64,000 bases of DNA from Azolla caroliniana. Taxonomy: Eukaryota > Plantae > Polypodiophyta. Location of the stretch: NCBI GenBank assembly GCA_043228905.1, contig JBHGNT010000016.1, positions 11,594,001 to 11,658,000 on the forward strand. Reading direction: 5' to 3'. The stretch's first letter is position 1. Each line of letters begins with the position of its first letter. The notes beneath the pieces were generated by a model, which saw nothing but the letters and a program-made list of their open reading frames with translations, ran no database searches and had not been told where the DNA came from. The position numbers were made by a program, and so were the translations under genes. Below, one piece after another: positions 62,213 to 64,000 of this stretch.

Positions 62213-62976
62213 AGGGGGAGTTTGTTGGGATTTCGGTCCCTCCGGATGGGATGTCCGGAGATGAATGACGGCAAGCCCGGTTGCGGTTACGGAACCGGAT
62301 GATGAAGACCCCGGCTACGGAGCCGGATGACGAAGACCCCGGTTACGGAGCCGGATGACGAAGACCCGGCTACGGAGCCGAATGACGAAGACCCCGGTTA
62401 CGGAGCCGGATGACGAAGACCCGGTTACGGAGCCGGATGACGAAGACCCGGCTACGGAGCCGGATGACGAAGACCCGGCTACGGAGCCGGATGATGTATG
62501 TACCCGGAGAGAGATCCGGATGCGGGGACATATTTGTGAATATGTTTGCCAAGAGCCCTTGAGGCTATATTTGTAAATAGCCCGAAAGTCATATGTGTAT
62601 AAATATGACTTAGGGCAAACTGTTTGTATGCTGCTGAAAAGTTGCTACTCAATTTTTGTTTTTCCACTTAGAGAGAGTGAAGAGAGCAGCCGAGAGAGAG
62701 AGAGACGAAGAGGTCGTTGCCTCTGTGTATTACCGCCGCCTGTGGCGAAGACAGTGAGCTCAAGGTTGTTGCCTTGAAGCTTCACCATTGTACATCTCTG
62801 TTCATAGTGATAGTTGGAGTTTGAGGACTCCCGTGGTTTTTCCCGTATAGGGTTTTCCACGTTAATCCCTGTGTCATCGTGTCTTTCTCTGTGTTTCCTA
62901 TTTTCTGCTGCATTGATTCGCGATTACTCGGTTGTGGCCGAGTGGCGAAGCCGAATCGGAGCGTTGATTCGCAACA

Positions 62977-63611
62977 TACGCCAACTTCTTCGCCCTCCAA
63001 AACCATGCCGTCCTCGTCGTCCAACCGTGCTCTAGAAAGCATGTCGGCCATGGCGTTGTCTTTACCAGAGATGTGCCATATCTCCGGGTTCAGATACTTA
63101 ATGTGCGCGATCCGCTTGAGCATTGCCAGGTCTGGCGTCACGCATCCGAAAACCATACCAAGGATTGGTAGGCAGTTTGTCTTGATTATCACCTCCGTCC
63201 CGATCAAGTAGTCTTTATCAGCCTTGACTGCCGAAACGATACCCTAGAGTTTGTGTTTAACTTGGGCGTATCCTTGTTGTCGCTCACTCAACACCTTCGC
63301 TCCGAACCAGATGGGGAACCTCGTGCCGGTTTCGTCCTCCTGATTGACCACCCATCCTATCTCGGTCGGGCTCGTGTCTACCGTAATGTAAATTGGGACG
63401 TCTTTGCTGTAAACCGCTTTCCGGAGTGCCGATGCCGCGGTTAGCGCCTCCTTCAGTCTACGAACCGACTTTGCATGCTCCTCGCCCCACTCAAATTTAT
63501 GCCCCTTCTTCGGCAACCCGTAGAGTGGCTCCGCGACATGCGCATAATGCGGAATCCAGATATGGTAGAACACGTACGCCCCCAGGAACCTCCACACCGC
63601 CGTAACCGGCC
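62977..63611 (-). mobile_element. Ty3/gypsy RT end and RNase H remnant, right flank of the nested copia
   Basis: RFLGAYVFYHIWIPHYA, TVDTSP and GKDNAMADMLSR. Joins 57352 across the TACGC TSD. Confidence 0.85.
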
Positions 63612-64000
63612 TGTTGGGAGACAGGTCCCTCTGGATGGGAAGAGAAAAGAATAGTGCTGATGAACAAACTCGGCCGAGGCCGAAACTGGATGAGGAGTAC
63701 CCGGCTATGGAGAGCCGGATGATGCAGACCCGGTGAAGACCGGATGAGGAGTACCCGGCTACAGAGAGCCGGATGATGCAGACCCGGTGAGGACCGGATG
63801 AGGAGTACCCGGCTACGGAGAGCTGGATGGCGCAGACCCGGTGAGGAATGCTCTCCGGATGAAGAGACATATTCGTAAATATGTTTCTGAAGAGCCCACC
63901 GTGGCTATATTTGTAAATAGCCGAAAAGTCATATTAGTATAAATATGACTTAGGGCAAACTTTTAGTTGTTGTTGTCATTTTGTTGGTGCAAGAAGAAGA
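63612..64000 (+). repeat. Start of another related copia LTR, running off the window
   Basis: TGTTGGGA..GGTCCCTC.GGATGGGA start, CCGG-rich tandem units and TATAAATATGACTTAGGGCAA. Confidence 0.85.

Larger units (their letters stand above)
57353..62976 (+). mobile_element. Intact, very young full-length Ty1/copia element
   Basis: LTRs 57353-58107 and 62223-62976, PBS 58111-58122, PPT 62211-62220, perfect 5-bp TSD TACGC and an intact ORF. Confidence 0.98.

Noticed and set aside
62355-62576. TEPDDEDPA-repeat peptide
   Set aside because: Translation of the 27-bp LTR array; the frame is broken by 28-bp units.

Overview
Repeat-dominated land-plant genomic DNA. The retroelement sequence style suggests a non-seed plant such as a fern, but this is inference only. 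Most of the window is nested LTR retrotransposons: two intact Ty1/copia elements with single gag-pol ORFs (17750-23452 minus, 57353-62976 plus), several decayed copia copies, several Ty3/gypsy remnants (one with a chromodomain) and solo LTRs. DNA transposons include a complete hAT with intact transposase, TIRs and 8-bp TSD (26435-30134), a hAT MITE and a Mutator-type foldback MITE. Two host genes sit in a central island: a two-exon secreted legume-type lectin and a glutaredoxin-domain protein lacking the family's C-terminal Cys-rich domain. The most unusual observations are: (1) a gypsy polyprotein in which a retropepsin protease and a WVPK-repeat tail lie in frame downstream of the integrase (RT-RH-INT-PR order); (2) a ~0.7-kb TGT...ACA element with a 4-bp CCGG TSD, terminal hairpins and a tRNA-like box, present twice in inverted orientation; (3) an apparent gag swap between copia families; (4) a templated repair scar that rebuilt a copia element from its own flank.
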